Shown here: positions 63,160 to 64,000 of the stretch, piece after piece
How positions within the stretch are numbered: the stretch's first letter is position 1
Layout of the letters: the number at the start of each line of letters is the position of its first letter
Assembly (NCBI RefSeq): GCF_001194135.2
Contig: NC_068990.1
Location: 81,251,854 to 81,315,853, forward strand
Direction: 5' to 3'
DNA length: 64,000 nucleotides
Origin: Octopus bimaculoides
Lineage: Eukaryota
Notes under the pieces: generated by a model
Database searches by the model: none
Seen by the model: only the letters and a program-made list of their open reading frames with translations
Told to the model about the DNA's origin: nothing
Position numbers and translations under genes: made by a program

Positions 63160-63465
63160 GTGGTTTCAAGGATGAATATTTAGTTGTTCGATCAATCACA
63201 ATAGCTGCACATTAAATCAGCTTCTAAATGGCTAAATGTTCCACCGGATTGTGTACCATCAATATGCAGACAGCATTAGCACGGCTCAGTTTGTTACAAA
63301 TCTGGGCCTTTGAATTACAGGCTCGATTCATCCGACAGGCTGCCACACAGTTTCCATGTATCCAATCTTGTTGACAAAGCTGGGATCGACAAAGCTGGGC
63401 TCATACAGTCGGCTCGAACCTGGAGCCTGTTAATATCGAAACAAACACCTTTACTATTCAGCCTT
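63160..63465 (-). mobile_element. Older tRNA-headed SINE sharing a central block with family C
   Basis: Head GGCTGAATAGT..GGTTCGAGCC; block GCCTGTAATTCAAAGGCCC (63322-63304) matches 53042-53060 at 18/19; similar TTGATCG.A.CAACT near the 3' end. Confidence 0.6.
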
Positions 63466-64000
63466 TCTGTGTCCTTCTTCGGTATGACTGTTGCATCACT
63501 TCAAAGTATTTTGGACTGATATTTTTTGTGTATTTGTTTCTTTTGAATATTTGTCTGTTAGAAGGATGCTGTGTTCTTAGGCAGGAGGAAATGCAGTGCT
63601 CATGTAAGCAGTAGTAGTGAGGAAGGAAGGTATCCTGAAACTGATCTGCAACAGAGAGGAACTTGTTAAAAGCGCCCAAGTGGTGTTATTTAACTAGTTA
63701 CCGGAAAACATTTGTCAACTAAGTGGACTACGGCTGGATTTGAACTTAGAAAAACAAAGAGCCAAAACAAACACATCTAAACATCTGGTAAGACGTTATT
63801 ATCGCTTTTTTCACCTTGGATTGGTAATATTTTTAATTAAATCCGAGGGACTGAAAGTTGACCTGCGTGCGATTTGATCTTAGAAAGCCAAGTATTAGAT
63901 CAAATACCACACATAAGTTTATCTGGCGCTTTAACGGTTCTGTTAATTCACCGCCTATTACTTTAGATTACTGTGAAGTATGCTTGGTTGTTTTAGAGCG

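Noticed and set aside
63555-63610. Possible 42-nt plus-strand micro-exon (TTAG|AAGGAT..GCTCAT|GTAAGC)
   Set aside because: Splice-like signals of this strength are common by chance, and no partner exons were found.

Overview
This is AT-rich, repeat-dense animal DNA, with 14 N-gaps, almost all next to microsatellites or inside repeats. The tRNA-headed SINE families and microsatellite landscape resemble octopus genomic DNA (inference from recall, no search run). I find no intact protein-coding gene and no true tRNA or rRNA gene; nearly all listed ORFs are microsatellite or N artefacts. The window holds: (i) at least four SINE families, several nested with readable target-site duplications (TSDs); (ii) decayed transposase remnants of Tc1 (about 33.4-34.6 kb), an internally deleted mariner-type element (about 23.6-23.9 kb) and piggyBac (about 12.9-13.8 kb); (iii) two fossils of restriction-like-endonuclease (RLE) LINEs, one R4/Dong-like at about 10.9-11.4 kb and one Hero-like at about 22.9-23.4 kb; (iv) a pogo-type MITE, a long-arm foldback element, a 400-bp direct repeat pair and a 22-bp minisatellite; (v) a candidate 5'-UTR/first exon on the minus strand at about 28.5-29.7 kb. 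The most notable signals are two divergently oriented minimal type I hammerhead ribozyme motifs at 56964-57008 (-) and 57847-57908 (+), plus a decayed third at about 24.5 kb, and repeated SINE insertion into the tRNA-like head of one SINE family.
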